Origin: Octopus vulgaris
Lineage: Eukaryota
Direction of reading: 5' to 3'
Length of the DNA: 64,000 bases
Assembly: GCA_951406725.2 (NCBI GenBank)
Contig: OX597817.1
Span: 128,774,001 to 128,838,000 of the forward strand
In this document: in pieces, positions 1 to 14,237 of the stretch
Layout: each line of letters starts with the position of its first letter
Numbering within the stretch: position 1 is the stretch's first letter
Position numbers and translations under genes: made by a program
The notes under the pieces: model-generated
What the model was told of the DNA's origin: nothing
The model's input: the letters and a program-made list of their open reading frames with translations, nothing else
Database searches by the model: none

Positions 1-148
1 TTGTTAATTAGTCTCTAGTACGCAGCCTTGATTAGTGCGTTCCAGTTGTGACCATCCCATCTTTTTGTATACCCAGAGAATACATTGCGCAATGTGTCTT
101 TGTTTATTAATGCATGTATGTATGTATGTATGTATGTATGTATGTATG

Positions 149-179
<31 letters not shown>

Positions 180-520
180 GCTAAGTTGAACTGTCTAAAG
201 TCGTAAGACACCCGCTGTTTTTGTCCTGTTATTACTATTATTGTTTTTTGTATTTATATTCGTGTGGCATCGTCCGTTTTTCTGTCCTTGTTTCGTATAC
301 ATTCGATCCTTTTTGCAAGAAATCTAATGCTCGTAGCTTAGTTTTTCCTTGGGGCTGGCCGGATTGGAGCGATCTCAAGATTAATCAGCCGAAATTGCGA
401 GGATTATCCGGTTCTTGACTGAAGATTAGAGGCTTCGAATGACCCGTCCGTTTTTTGTGTCGTCTATTTGAGTGTTTTGCGTTCTTGTCCCATTTTGTAT
501 TTTTATATATATTTTTATAC

Positions 521-551
<31 letters not shown>

Positions 552-1911
552 TGTATGTATGTATGTATGTATGTATGTATGTATGTATGTATATATGTAT
601 GAGTGCGCATGCTTATGCATGTTTGATGGGTGGTAAGGTGCCTGCTAGGTTAACACGCTCATCTATAGAGAGAAAGGTAACCTATTGTACATGTGACTAG
701 TGACACACAGACACACTCTCACACAATATTACTCTCCCACTCCTGTCCGCTTGTTTTCTTTTACCTTGGGGTAATACCAGTCAGCGAGGGAGCTTTTACC
801 GGGTTACTCGATTTACTAGAAATAACAGTCAAATCTCCCTCAAATCCTACACCAGCATCTTTAAAAAAAGTACTTTCAGTAATGAGATATTGGGACCTGG
901 CATATGAATAAAACGACAGGATGGTCATTGCTATAATGTCTTTGGTTATAAGGGGTGCTGAGTAAGGGCTAAATACAATATAACCAGCCATCGAAGAAAC
1001 TTCTTTATCACCACTCGACCAGCTAGAAATAGCAACTAAATACATCTCTGAAATCTTCACCACGACATATGAATTACACAATTTCGAACTAGCGACCGAA
1101 CCTGTATGTGGCTATCGCTTTTGCGATAAATAACAATCAAAACCACACCCAGTTGTCATAAAAACAGGACATGTATTTTGATAATGTAGTTGTTTCCCGC
1201 TCGTAGGAAATATATGTGAGAGTCACGGTCGGAATGCTTTTGATCATAGGACTGCTTTATGAAGGTTGGACTTAGGTTAAACAACATCCAACTCCAACTA
1301 AGTTCTTCACTCGGCTATTCAGTAGCTGTCACAAGACATGTTCATTTGCTGTATGTATCTGATTGCGTGTATGTACATGTGTGGGTATATATATATGTGT
1401 GTGTATGTGTGTGTGTGTGTATGCGGATGTATGTCTGTGCTGTCTACAGTGTCATCGTCATCGTCATCGTGTTCATTGTCGTTATCGCTTTGTTGTCATA
1501 GTTATTTATATTAGTCGCTTTTCAATGAAATTAGAACGCTGTAAGCCCCAAAACTTTGAATCAACGTATTTCATGCGTTCTAATTGTGTTGTGAGTGAAT
1601 GTATTATTGCTGTTGTCGTTATGGATAAATACATGCGTAAGAAATAAAACTTCAAAATCACGAAGCCGCGAGTTCGATTCAAATGCTGGTCAGCTTGGCC
1701 GAGTCTCTTCTGGTTTAGTTTCGGGTCGATTCCAAAACAGTTTCGAAGATTATTTTGCAAGCACGAAAAGCGCTGCGATAGCTCGTCAAATGGATTCTAT
1801 GTATAATTGAAAGGTCAAATCCTGCAACACACTTTAATTCCACCGATTTGATTGAAGAGATTACATCAAAGGTAGAGTTAACTGCGGAATACCCAGCCAC
1901 TTCATGTGTGT

Positions 1912-1968
<57 letters not shown>

Positions 1969-2360
1969 GCTTGTGTTTGTATGCGTGTTGTTTAGCCGTC
2001 ACTTGCGAGCGAGAATGTTCTGTCAGCTTGTACCACGCTTTCGCTTGTTGTTTTAGGTTTAGGTGTAGTCACAAAAAGTTCCAGACACCCTCTCGGTCAC
2101 GGTACTTTTGATTCACCGGATCATCGACAAATATAAAAAGAGACAGTGAAATATAGAAAGCTGCTCCAGTAGTAAGTTGGATTCATTTACAGCTAAGTAC
2201 TCTAGGCTAGAACAAAGTGAAATAAAGTAACTTGTTCAAGCTCGTGGATTCGATTCCGGATCAAGATTGTATATACGAGGAGGTCCTGAAAAGTTCCTGG
2301 CTTTAAGGGTACTGCGAAAGGCCTGGTCGAAGGCCAAAACTTCCTAGTTCTTGTACAGGG

Positions 2361-2459
<99 letters not shown>

Positions 2460-2875
2460 TCTCGAGCCATTATAAGCTTCTTGTGTAAAGAAAATTCAGA
2501 AGCCTTCTGCATCTATTCTATGACGACCATTAAAAATATATATCATTGTTTTTTTTGATAATTTTCTAAAATATTCAATAATTATCTGTATTGTATATGA
2601 TAGGGGAGGAGGACATAGAAAGAAATCTACGATTTATTTAGCCTTGTTCTATAGGTGACTTGTAGGTTGAGATGGCTATTTTGCGTTAGAGACTAAGTGA
2701 AAATCAACTCTAAATCGGTATTTGCTGGATTTCAGAATAACATTACGGCTTATAGATCTGGACTTGTTAGAATAAAACAGTTCCAAGAATAAATCTGTTT
2801 AAAACTCTTCTTAATATTTCCACAAAGAAAAGTCAAGTGAAACAAATTCAAAATTGCTCAACTCATGTATGATTA

Positions 2876-2947
<72 letters not shown>

Positions 2948-3180
2948 ACACACAACACACACAACACACAAACACAGCACACACACTCTCTCTCTCGGTG
3001 TCACATACACACAGATACTCTCTCACTCTCTATTTATCTATCTACCTCTCTGTCTATCTATATGCAGGTGTGTGCGTGTGAGTATGTATAATGTCGCCCG
3101 AGTTATTCCTGAGTATTACGTAAAGTACAAGTATAGGCATATCTGTCTATCTGTCTGTCTGTCTGTCTCTCTCTCTCTCA

Positions 3181-3225
<45 letters not shown>

Positions 3226-3292
3226 ATAGTAAACACATAAGTGCGAAACAAAGTGGAAAAGATAGTACTCGAATATCAGAGGTAGAGTAATA

Positions 3293-3477
3293 TGCTTTAT
3301 TAAAAAGCAGCAAAAATATCGCAAAATCTGTTACTCAGAGCTTCACGTTCCCGTCCGTTTGACAGTTTTGTATAGAATTATAAATTAGAATTATAAACAA
3401 AACTGTCCGACGAACGGGAGCGTGAAACTCTGAGTAACAGTTTATTTTGATATTTTTGCTGCTTTTTAATAAAGTAA
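3293..3477. mobile_element. Fold-back Penelope-like terminal fragment with a hammerhead motif (3400-3443, +)
   Basis: Inverted arms at about 3293-3370 and 3398-3477. Motif aaactgt-CCGACGA-acg-ggag-cgt-GAAA-ctctgag-TA-acagttt; a degenerate relative is at 37387-37432. Confidence 0.6.
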
Positions 3478-3933
3478 ACACACAAACACACACACATATA
3501 TTCTTTTCCCTATGTTTCTGCGATATAGTAAACATTTGTTCGTCCATGCAACGGTCCTGTTTGTAAATTTTGCTGACGCCTCACTAGATCTTTCTTTCGA
3601 AAGTGCCCCCCCCCCTTCTTCAACATGGACCTTCTATCAACGCAGCGTGGAGCTTTCCGAGAATGAGAGAGCGAAAGAGAGAGAAAGAGAGGGGAAACTA
3701 GGGAGAGAAAGGGGGTAGATAGAAAAAGAGAGGGAGGGAAGGCTCATCGACTGTATAGGAATTGTGTCATATTTACTGACCTTGGAATGAGGAAAGCTAA
3801 GTTAAATTTGGCGGATTTGTATTCAGCGCGAGAAATCGGAACCAAAGCGTTTTATTTGACATTCTAACGACTGCCAATACGCCTTCTCTCTCTCTCTCTA
3901 TATATATATATGGCCTGCCTATCTTTCTATCCC

Positions 3934-4009
<76 letters not shown>

Positions 4010-4704
4010 CATGTGTGTGTGTATGTATGCATATATGTGTGTGTGAGTAAATATATGCGTGTGTATATATATATATATATGTATGCACGTATATATGTAT
4101 GTAGGTATGTATTTTCTGTGTCTCTGGGAGAAAGGGAGAGAGAGAGACAGGCAGACAAGCGAAGCTTAGTCTTGTCTTTGGAATACGAAGTCAATAATCT
4201 AAATAATTGAATGATTTACTAATTCTGCTGATCGACTTACCGGAATTCTTATCAGTGAGCTATCTACGTTTATTTTGCTTTTACTTTATTTTTCAGGGTT
4301 TCATGTATCTGGGGCCACGTTATCCAAAGTGTCCTGTTTTAAAACTTTAGGGCGTGGCCGGTTTTTACTTCTTGTTCGCAGTACGACCGCTTAGAGGATC
4401 TCTGACAGATTTATATACGTATGTAAGCTAGTGCGCACATGTTTCTAAACCGGATAAAATAGAAATGTATAATTTTAGTTAGAAATGAAAAGAGAGGGAA
4501 AAAAAGGCGGGCTTTAATGGAAGTAAGTACGAATATCTAAATTAGAAAATTCGAATACTTTGTTTACTGTAGCAGATTACTAGAAATAACTGCTCAGTCT
4601 CCCTCAATTGTCACACTACCATATTGAATAAAGGAAGTATGCATAGGACTATGAAGTCGTAAATTTAAAAAAATAAAAAGGTGAGCATGTCTAATGTGCT
4701 GCCA

Positions 4705-5545
4705 TACACGGCGAACTGGTAGCGTCATTTTATCCGTCTTAACGTTCTGAGTTGAAATTCCACCGAGGCCGACTTTAATTTTCATCCTTTTCGGGGTCGA
4801 TAAAATAGATTAACAGTGGAGCACGGAGGTTTATGTAATCGACTTACCCACTCCCCCGAAATTGCTGTGCCTTATGCCAAAATTTGAAACCATTATTTTT
4901 ATTAGACAGTATAAAGGTGGCTAGCTGGAAGTATCTTTAGAGCGTTGGGAAAAATATTTTTCACTGCATTTGGTTAGACCCCGAGATCGATTGTGCCTTT
5001 CATCCTTTCGAGCACGATAAACTAGATACCAGTCACGTATTGGGATAGACGCTGTTGTCTTACTTCTCCACTAAATCTTGCTTGTCCTATGCCAGGAATT
5101 AAAAAGAATTATTATTATGCTTAGTGACATTTTGTCCGTCTTAACATTGTGGATTCAAATTCCGCTGAGGTTAGCTTTAAATTTGATCTTTTGGGTGGGG
5201 TCGATGAAATAAGTAACTGTTGTTCACTTGGGTCGATGTAATCAACTAGTCCCCTGCCCTAAAAAATTTCAGGCCTTGTGCCTATAGTAAGAAAAAACAT
5301 TATTATTAAGACAGCGAGATGGCAAAATAATAAGAGCGTTGGACAAAATTCTTAGCGATATTTTTCGGGCTATTTGCGTTCTGACTAAAGTCAAATTTTA
5401 AAACAAGGCAGCGCATGGGGCGAAATGCTTTGTGGAATTTCTTCCGGCTCTTTACGTTCTGATTCAGTCGAGGTCGGTTTTGCTTATCATCCTTTTGGGG
5501 CTGAAAACTCCCTTAAAATTGCTGACCTTGTGCTAAAATTTGAAA
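4705..5545 (+). mobile_element. Cluster of about 4 degenerate tRNA-derived SINEs (family A, Meta/MESC-type core)
   Basis: Repeated gttctgagttcaaattcc.ccgagg.cgacttt....tcatcctttcggggtcgataaa. Confidence 0.7.
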
Positions 5546-6228
5546 AATTTATTATTAATAGCTGTTAATTACCATTGATTTTACCTCACTGGATATTTAT
5601 TTTCAGTTATATTATTTTTAATGGTCTCTGCATTAAATATTTTTATGACTAACTAAAAAGACAGCAAATAAAAACTCCAGAGTGTACATCAAACTAGTAC
5701 TGGTCTTCAGTGCCAGATTAAATCCGACAAACAGCCCAGTAACAGAGTTCCATCAAACTCTTTGATCGTCTGACTGACAAGACTTTAAAACATAGTAGTG
5801 AATATGAAGTAGATTAAAAACACCATTTTTTTATATGTGAAGTAGATTAAAAACGCCATATTTTTTCCTGACTATCTTCCGGGTTAAATTTCACAGCTTT
5901 AGTTAATGCAACCTATTTTGAAAATTCATTTATTTAGCACAGAAAGCAGGAGGCGATCAAATTATTTGCTTATACCTTAGACGACAGATAACACGTAAAC
6001 TTTCAACAAACATGCAGGTATATGCTTATGTATGCATGAATGCCTACATGGTTTAATTACTCATTTTTTTCTGCCGGTTTAGAAAGACCTGGTTTCCAAA
6101 CTGAGATGCAAAATCTTTATTGGAATTTAGACAATATCAACGAGATAGGCATGTAGTATGTAAATATGTATTGCATATGTATGTAATATGTATGTTTGTA
6201 TATATGTATATTTTCTGTATGTGTTTAC

Positions 6229-6305
<77 letters not shown>

Positions 6306-6514
6306 GACATACATCTGCATACTGATATACCCGAATGTATATTTTTATGCATATATATATACATCACCCTGTGCGTAAATTTGTATTTGATTACTACATG
6401 TTTATATATACACGCGTTTGCACGTCTCTATGTGACGATATGTACGCTCAACAGGCCATTATATATTGTAATTATGTATATTTGTGTGTAGACTGTATTA
6501 GATTGTGTGTTTGT

Positions 6515-6600
<86 letters not shown>

Positions 6601-6649
6601 ATATCTAGAAAACTCGCTTGTTGTTGTATGCTTGTTTGATCCGTATTTT

Positions 6650-6900
6650 CTGCACCCATTTTTACATTGGTCAACGGCGTCCAAAGAAGCGATTGAAAGA
6701 CCAGTTGAAGGTCATGTTTAAAAGGAACAGCATCAACCCTTCAAGAGTTGAAGACTTCGCTACCCATTGTTCCATTTCGTGGGCTCACTGCCAGAGTGGA
6801 ATTGAAATAACGAAAGAGAATTGCAGTCGCCACCACCAGAAAAATGAAGCGTGTACACAAAATAATATCTTAAAACTTTCTATGTAACAACATGTTTACA
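6650..6900 (+). mobile_element. RTE-like LINE 3' fragment
   Basis: GQRRPKKRLKDQLKVMFKRNSINP...W resembles the RTE ORF C-terminus. Confidence 0.5.
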
Positions 6901-8539
6901 TGTTTAGTCTGCAACGGATGAAGACATACATCATAGAAAAGGAGTCATAAGGAGACTTCATTGATACCCATATACAAGAACATATGTGCACAGAAATTTA
7001 TATATCTATACACATGCCTCATCGCATACAAATACGGAGCGTGTTGATTGTTATAACTACCAAACCCTGATGTTTTGCTTCCTAATCTCACTCAGGTTTT
7101 ACTTGAACATTGAAATTATTTGACATTTGCATCATAGTAGAGTTGAGGCTCTCGAACTGTGATCAGCAGATTTTTAAGGATCATCGTTTAGGATTTAGAA
7201 AATTCTTACTAATTACTCGAGCATCGTAGAAAACGTCTTTTTCATAATATATTTTATTATATAATAAATATGATTAGTTAAATATGATAGGCAAACACTT
7301 TCTATGTTTTTTACACTTTTAATTTCGATGTAGTTTAATTTTTAATACATAAGGAGTTATTGATGAATTTTCTGTGGTAAGTGCATCACTAAATACTTTA
7401 GTTTCCATGTGAAGTGGACCACTAATTGTTTTCACATTCTATGAGAAGGACAATAATAAAGTTTCAATTTTTTTTTGTTTCTGATTTTCAGTATACTATG
7501 AAGTCAGAGGAACTCAAATGAAAGTGATATATATCGTTCAAAATGCATATGGCGCGAAGCAAGGATTCTATTTATCCGATAGGAATCTATTTATCTTCAT
7601 CGCCTTCTTCAAGATCCATTTGAAACTGTGGGCGAGATGCTGCTCTTCAACAAAGCTATTGGGGGATTGCAAGTAGCAGAAACTGGTACACGTAAGAGGG
7701 TTAATTTAGGAATTTTGGGAGATTTCAGTCGAGAGAGGGTGTATCAAGTTGTCAAAAATCATAGAGGCGTTTTGGATCCCCCGTACACATAATCACCCAC
7801 ACGCACGAGGAGGTGTAGTATTAAATCATTAAACGTGCAAATCAATTATCAAAACTGTTATGGTTGAGAATATTCTGTATTATTTTTATCTTTAGGTTAT
7901 TGTGGTAAATTGAAAGAGATTTGACTGCGATTTATTATAAGATGAATAACTACGTGGAGGCTTCCTTGTAGGTTCAGCACCTACGTATTTTTAAGCCGGA
8001 TGTTAAAAAGCAACCCATAATCATTTTAACCCAACAATAGGAACTCGAGTTAAGGTTTTATTTTAATTTTATTCATAGCCTAATTTATACAATGAACAAA
8101 ATTGAATAGAAAGAGGAAGATTAAGAGAACGAAGCAGAATTGATTGAGAGAAAGAGTTAGTGATATACACTGTGTGCATGTGAGTGTGTCTGTATAGGTA
8201 TCTATGTGCATGTTATACAGCAGCCCCCTACATTACAGAAGGGTTGTGTTCCTGCAAGATTTGCGCTTGTGTTCCTGTAAGATTTGCCACAATATGAAAT
8301 TCCAACACAGAATGCCTATTTTGTCATTAAAGTCCTGTTATAATTTGAGATGCGATCCTATTGAATTGTTTTCGGAAAACCGAATAATGCACATCACTTT
8401 TCTGTATGAAAATGAATATTCTTGAAATCATAGACTAAAGCATTTGAAGGCAAAAGCATTGGGGATTAAATAAAGATGAGCATTTAGCTTTCGCTTGAAT
8501 AACAAACCGTCGTAGTTATCTGTAAAATATTTCTAGGCT

Positions 8540-8740
8540 GATCTGGCAGAAACGTTATGACGCCACGCGAAATGCTAAGCGGTATTTCGTCTGTCTTTGC
8601 GTTCTTGTTTCAAATTCCGCTGAGGTCGAATTTGCCTTTCATCATTTCGGGGTCGATAAATTAAGAGCCAGTTGCGCAGTGGGATCGATCTAATCGACTC
8701 CTCCCAAAAAATTTCGGGCCTTGTGCCTAGAGTAGAAAAG
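8540..8740 (+). mobile_element. SINE family A
   Basis: ctggcagaaacgtta...ttcaaattccgctgaggtcga...cggggtcgataaattaag. Confidence 0.8.
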
Positions 8741-8979
8741 AATATTTCTAGGCTGATTGTTGTTCCCTAAATCTTAGATGTCATTCCATATAAAGCCTTC
8801 GTTTCCATTTGGCGGCTTCTTTCCAGTATTCTTGACTTTATGTTCTGTTCATTTGCAAACAATAAATTCATCTGCAGTGACCAGAGACGAGAAACATTGC
8901 GCATCAACCTTAGTAGGCAAGAAACATCAATTGTATATATAATGTATAATTATATTTTGTTTGTATGTATGTATGTATG

Positions 8980-9011
<32 letters not shown>

Positions 9012-9560
9012 CATGTTTGTATGTATGTAAGTACGTTTTATGTATGGCTGTATGCTTGTAAGTACGTTTTATGTATGGCTGTACATATGAATGTATTATA
9101 CATATATTCGCATATATGTATGTATACATGTACTATGCTTGTATTTCTGACTGTCTATCTATCTATCTATCTATCTATTTATCTAATAGTGCTAAAATGC
9201 ATTCCATCACTATGGCGTAGTCAGATCATTTGAAAAGATGGACTGATGGCATATTTCAGGGGTTGTGTGGTTTATGCAATGAAATATGACAAAATATTAG
9301 TATCGAGAATTGTTGATGTTTTACACAGATGCGTTGTCTCAAGAAAACGCACTGAAATGTTATACGTTGTAAAATATGTATGCATTATTGCATACTAAAC
9401 ATATATGCTAACACGAGTTAAGATATTTTTCATCTTTTCAATTCGTTTTCCAAAATACCTTGTATAGGCATATACATGTGCGCGCGCGTGTGTGTGTGTG
9501 TGTGCATGAGAGAAAAGCGATCGATAGATAGTCTAATAGACAGACAGACAGACAGATAGG

Positions 9561-9601
<41 letters not shown>

Positions 9602-9658
9602 GGATGGATGGATGGATGGATGGATGGATGGATGGATGGATGGATGGATGGATGGATG

Positions 9659-9727
<69 letters not shown>

Positions 9728-10134
9728 TTAGATAGATAGGTAAGGTAGTAATAATAGCCAGGCCCTGATAAATAGATTTATAAATTTATTGATAACTGTA
9801 TCACATAGGTACCAACATGCAGAATATGTGCCTACATACAAGCACAAACTTTATAGGCGAGTGAGAAGGATAGTTATTAATGTACCTATGAATATATTCT
9901 TAATATATTTCGCAACAAGTAGCAAATCGCTAAAAACAGATTCTTGCGTTAACAAACACAATTACCGAAAAGAATGATAAGAAATAAAAATGGCGGCATT
10001 TTCCTCGAAGTAAAATGTATCCGGGTTTGATTCCGGACACAAATTTCTTCTCTTATTACTGTAGCTTTCAGAAAGAATTAAATTGTCTAGAAAATGGAAT
10101 CCGTGTTCTATTTATTACGTAACCTTTTCAAGAG

Positions 10135-10310
10135 TGGCATAATCGTTTAAGTGTCGTCCAGAAAAACTGCTTTATATATTCCGACATTTTACATCTTGAA
10201 TTCAATTCCCGCCAAAGTCAACTTTGCTTTTCATGCCTCCTCTGCAGTCGATAAATTAAAGTACCGGTGAAGTTCGAATACTGGGATCGACCCTTCAAAG
10301 TAGCTCGGCC
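10135..10310 (+). mobile_element. SINE family A (degenerate)
   Basis: Same head and core motifs as the other family A copies. Confidence 0.6.
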
Positions 10311-10453
10311 TTCTAAATTAAAAGTTATATATATGTATTTCTTTACATAGCATTCCTCAACATACGGTCTACTGATCACACTTCTACCATTTACATTCGA
10401 GTTTCGAAATAAACCGCGAAAATGAAAATATATATTCTCACTTGAACATCTCA

Positions 10454-10595
10454 CACTCACACATACATTTAGGACAGAAAACCAACGTTTCAAAGAATAT
10501 TCACTAAACATGAAAAAAAATTCAATCAGATATAGCAATAACAACAAATAAAATTACACGTATGTGTGTTATGTATGTATGTATGTATTGTGTGA

Positions 10596-10669
<74 letters not shown>

Positions 10670-10719
10670 GTGTGTGTGTGTGTGTGTGCGTGCGTATGTA
10701 TATACACATAAATACATAC

Positions 10720-10813
<94 letters not shown>

Positions 10814-11000
10814 TAACACACATACATGCATAACACATACATATATACGTGTAATTTTATTTGTTGTTATTGTTATATCTGATTGAATTTATTTTTCATG
10901 TTTTGTGGAATATTCTTTGAAACGCGTTTTAGCTTTTTTTTGTTTGTATTTTGTAATTCAGCATCACGTTGGTTTTATGTCCTAAATGTATGCGTGAGTG
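10454..11000. repeat. Imperfect fold-back downstream of the ASCL gene
   Basis: 10454-10580 is the reverse complement of 10821-11000 apart from an indel of about 40 bp. The centre has mirrored (TCTA)n and (TAGA)n. Confidence 0.85.
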
Positions 11001-11015
11001 CCTGTTGTCCAGTAT

Positions 11016-11106
<91 letters not shown>

Positions 11107-11169
11107 AATATGTATGCATATGTATGTATGCATGTATGTATGTATGTATGTATTATGTATGTCGGCCAT

Positions 11170-11232
<63 letters not shown>

Positions 11233-11484
11233 AATTCAAAATATGAAGTATGTTAAATTATCTTACCATGTGGCTGTTTCCTCTGCAGCGATTTCCTGAC
11301 ATTTTTTTTTCCTTTTTATTTTCATATGATTTTCATTATTTCAGGTCTTTGTTGTTTTGTGTGCGTGTATATATATGGCTATATACATAAAATATATATA
11401 TATATGTACATATATATATACGCATGCATGAATGCACATGCTATAGAACTTGTTTCTTTTACTTTTTTCAGTACATTTTTTTTT

Positions 11485-12747
11485 TCAGAACCATTTTGTG
11501 AATCCCAATAATTCTTCTTCTTCAGCACTAAGTCCTTCATAAGAACTATCCGAGCAAGAACTCGGTCGCGGCGAGTTCATAGCGGTAGTCTGGTATATTC
11601 CATTCGTTAAACCGGCAGCCGTTAATCCGGCAGCGGTCAAACAGCTACTATCGAAGATAGTGTTGACGGTGTCACTATCCTCAACAAGGTCCTGTAGATA
11701 GTGGATGTAGTCAATGGCTGCTCGTAAAGTTTCTACTTTGCTCATTTTTTTGTTCTTACTGCCCTTCGGACCGTTCGGTATATGTTCTCTAAGCGTGGCA
11801 AAAGTCATGTTGATCAACTTAACGCGGTTCCTTTCGCGTTCGTTGCGCCGAGCCACGGCAACTGTCTGTGGTCGATGCAACGGCAAGTAGTTGGTGTGGT
11901 TGAAATCAAGACGTCGCTTACAGTTCATCAGCTCGCGTGCGTTCTCTTTCATCGATATCGTACGGACTGATTTCGAATTGGGAGTCGTCGTCGTCGTTGT
12001 GGAGTTTGTGGTCGCCGCCGTCGTCGTCGTCGTTGGAAACCCGTTCGTTGCCGCCACTGCCGTGGTCGTTGAAAATGCTTTCGCCGTCGTTGAAAACGCG
12101 TTCGTCGTCGTCGTCGCAGCCATCATCGCAGTCGCCGTCGTCGTCGTGGTTGTAGCCGATGACGTCAGCGTCGACTCTACCACCATTGGTTCCGGCACCA
12201 GTGCCGCTGTCATTGTATTTCGTGCCGCTGCTTGTTGTGCCACCACCGCTGTATTTCCAACTGCTGCTTGCACCGCTGCCGCCGCCGCCGCTGCTGCCGC
12301 TTGTACTGCTGCTGCTGCTGTTGATGATGACGATAATGATGACAATGATGACAGTGTTGGTAACGAAGATAGCGATGATAACGATGATAACGATGAGAGT
12401 GATGATGACGAAGACGATAACGATGATGCTGATGATGCTGATACTGATGATAATGCTGACATTGCTGCTGCAGTTGCAGCTACTGATGATGAAGATGATG
12501 ATGATAATGACGATGGTAATGATGCTGCTACAACAGGTGGCGCTGTGTGTATTGTCAGTGGCATAGTATTCGATGTGTTCAGATTTGCTATTGGAGAATG
12601 TATAGTAAACATACAAGCCGGTCGGTCAGTGCCGGTCAGTGCGCCCAGCATTGTGTGTCCTTGAACGCTTATCTGTTGTGCAGCCGCCGCCATTGACGCA
12701 ACATTAGCTATAGCACTCAACGATATCGTCTCTACTTGACCATCCAT
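11485..12747 (-). CDS. ASCL1: Achaete-scute family (ASCL1/ASH1-like) proneural bHLH transcription factor, single coding exon, 420 aa
   Basis: The ORF has ELMNCKRRLDF, the bHLH AVARRNERERNRVKLINMTFATLREHIP...KKMSKVETLRAAIDYIHYLQ and the acidic C-terminus LSAEEEELLGFTKWF, all diagnostic of achaete-scute group A proteins. The N-terminus is long Ser/Ala/Thr low-complexity sequence. Confidence 0.95.
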   Translation of the reverse strand: MDGQVETISLSAIANVASMAAAAQQISVQGHTMLGALTGTDRPACMFTIHSPIANLNTSNTMPLTIHTAPPVVAASLPSSLSSSSSSSVAATAAAMSALSSVSASSASSLSSSSSSLSSLSSLSSLSSLPTLSSLSSLSSSSTAAAAVQAAAAAAAAAVQAAVGNTAVVAQQAAARNTMTAALVPEPMVVESTLTSSATTTTTTATAMMAATTTTNAFSTTAKAFSTTTAVAATNGFPTTTTTAATTNSTTTTTTPNSKSVRTISMKENARELMNCKRRLDFNHTNYLPLHRPQTVAVARRNERERNRVKLINMTFATLREHIPNGPKGSKNKKMSKVETLRAAIDYIHYLQDLVEDSDTVNTIFDSSCLTAAGLTAAGLTNGIYQTTAMNSPRPSSCSDSSYEGLSAEEEELLGFTKWF

Positions 12748-14237
12748 CTTATCTTGCTTGTTTGCTTACTTGTTCGTTTGTTGTTGTTGTTAATGTGACT
12801 GTAATTAATAAAAGTCTTTTAAGTGATGGTGAAGGTATAAAGTTAATATGATGTTTTTTGATTAAGTGGACAAAAAATATACAAATGCATGCATGAACAT
12901 TTATATTGTATATGTATATCCTTGTGTATATATGTGATAAAATGTGAAATATTTTTTATCACAAATATTTTAAATACATCATATATATATAATATAGAGT
13001 TCTGTGAATTTAACTTAAAAGTATAGGAAAATATGACATATAATTAATTATATCAAATAAATAAAGAAAAATTGTATGCAAATAAATACAATATATATAT
13101 GGTAGTTTTGAATGTGTTTGTGCATATAAATATATTTCTATATATATATATATATATATTATATTAAAGTATAATATATATATATAACGATAATGTGTAT
13201 ACAGGTGTTATTCTCAGTTATAAGTTTGTAATGACAAATGACAAATATTACAATTATTATATCAACATAATATATAATATTAAATTGTAATTAGTTTAAA
13301 CAAATTCGTTTAAACATTACATACATATATATATATTCATACATATATATAGTTTTTTAATAATAATTTTTTTGTTGTTGTTATTATTATAATGAAGCAA
13401 GCAGCAATATAATCAAATGTGTGAAGATATTTCTTTGTAACGAACTAATTATCTAATTAATAAATAATTGCCTTTCTGTGTGAGTATGCAACAGATTCGT
13501 TTTTGTGTGAATTCTATAAAGTCTGTTTTGCCTGCTTGCATTTTCATCTGTTATTTTGTTCTGATTCTTTTTTTTCTTCTTCTTGATTGCTGGTATATTA
13601 TGTTCGATTTATCGATCTGTCTGTTGTCAGTGGATTGTAATAATCGATACGATCATCATCGCTGCTAACTTTGGACAGCACGGTTTTTTTTTTTCCCTTT
13701 TTTTTTTCTTTTCTTTTTGATGTAATTGCGGTTCCTTTGGTTTGACTAGGCAGCTAATAATATGTATGCATACACTTAGACAGACAAATACATATATATT
13801 AATAAATAAATAACTTAATATATATATTCAGCGTGTGTGTATATACGGAAAAAGCTTGTTGCATAGATAAGGATTTTTCTTCCTTTTTTTTCGTTTACTT
13901 GATTTTAGGATTGTTATCTCTTTCTCTCTCTATATATATATTATATATAAATATATATATGTATAGCAAACTAATTGTTACATATAAACATTTGCGGGTA
14001 CGGATGAGTCTGTAAGCGTGTCTGTGTATATGTATTTGTGGGTGTGTAAGTGTAGGTGTGAATGGCGTATACAGTCTCCGTAGGTGTGTATGTATGAGCG
14101 TGTTTATATGTGGTGACTTTTTTTTTCTTTTCTTGTTTTGTTTTTGCTTGTTTTTTTTGTTTTTTTTGCCAAAGTGCGATAGCCGACGCTTCTTGACTGA
14201 CTGCCTGTCCTCGTGAATGGAGTGCCGTCTCACTCAC

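Noticed and set aside
345-450. ggctg...cagcc-GAAA and CTGAAGA in a dispersed repeat (also at 36330-36560 and 37615-37740)
   Set aside because: The core elements are in the wrong order or incomplete for a hammerhead.
761-1081. 106-aa non-repetitive-looking ORF
   Set aside because: No recognisable domain; it lies in what appears to be a degenerate dispersed repeat.
11891-12664. 257-aa antisense ORF and other overlapping ORFs across the ASCL gene
   Set aside because: By-products of trinucleotide-repeat codons in the real CDS; no domain is recognisable.
14226-14237. GTGAGT splice donor just downstream of the candidate Inr
   Set aside because: It would give an implausibly short first exon, and no clear polypyrimidine acceptor is seen before the ATG.
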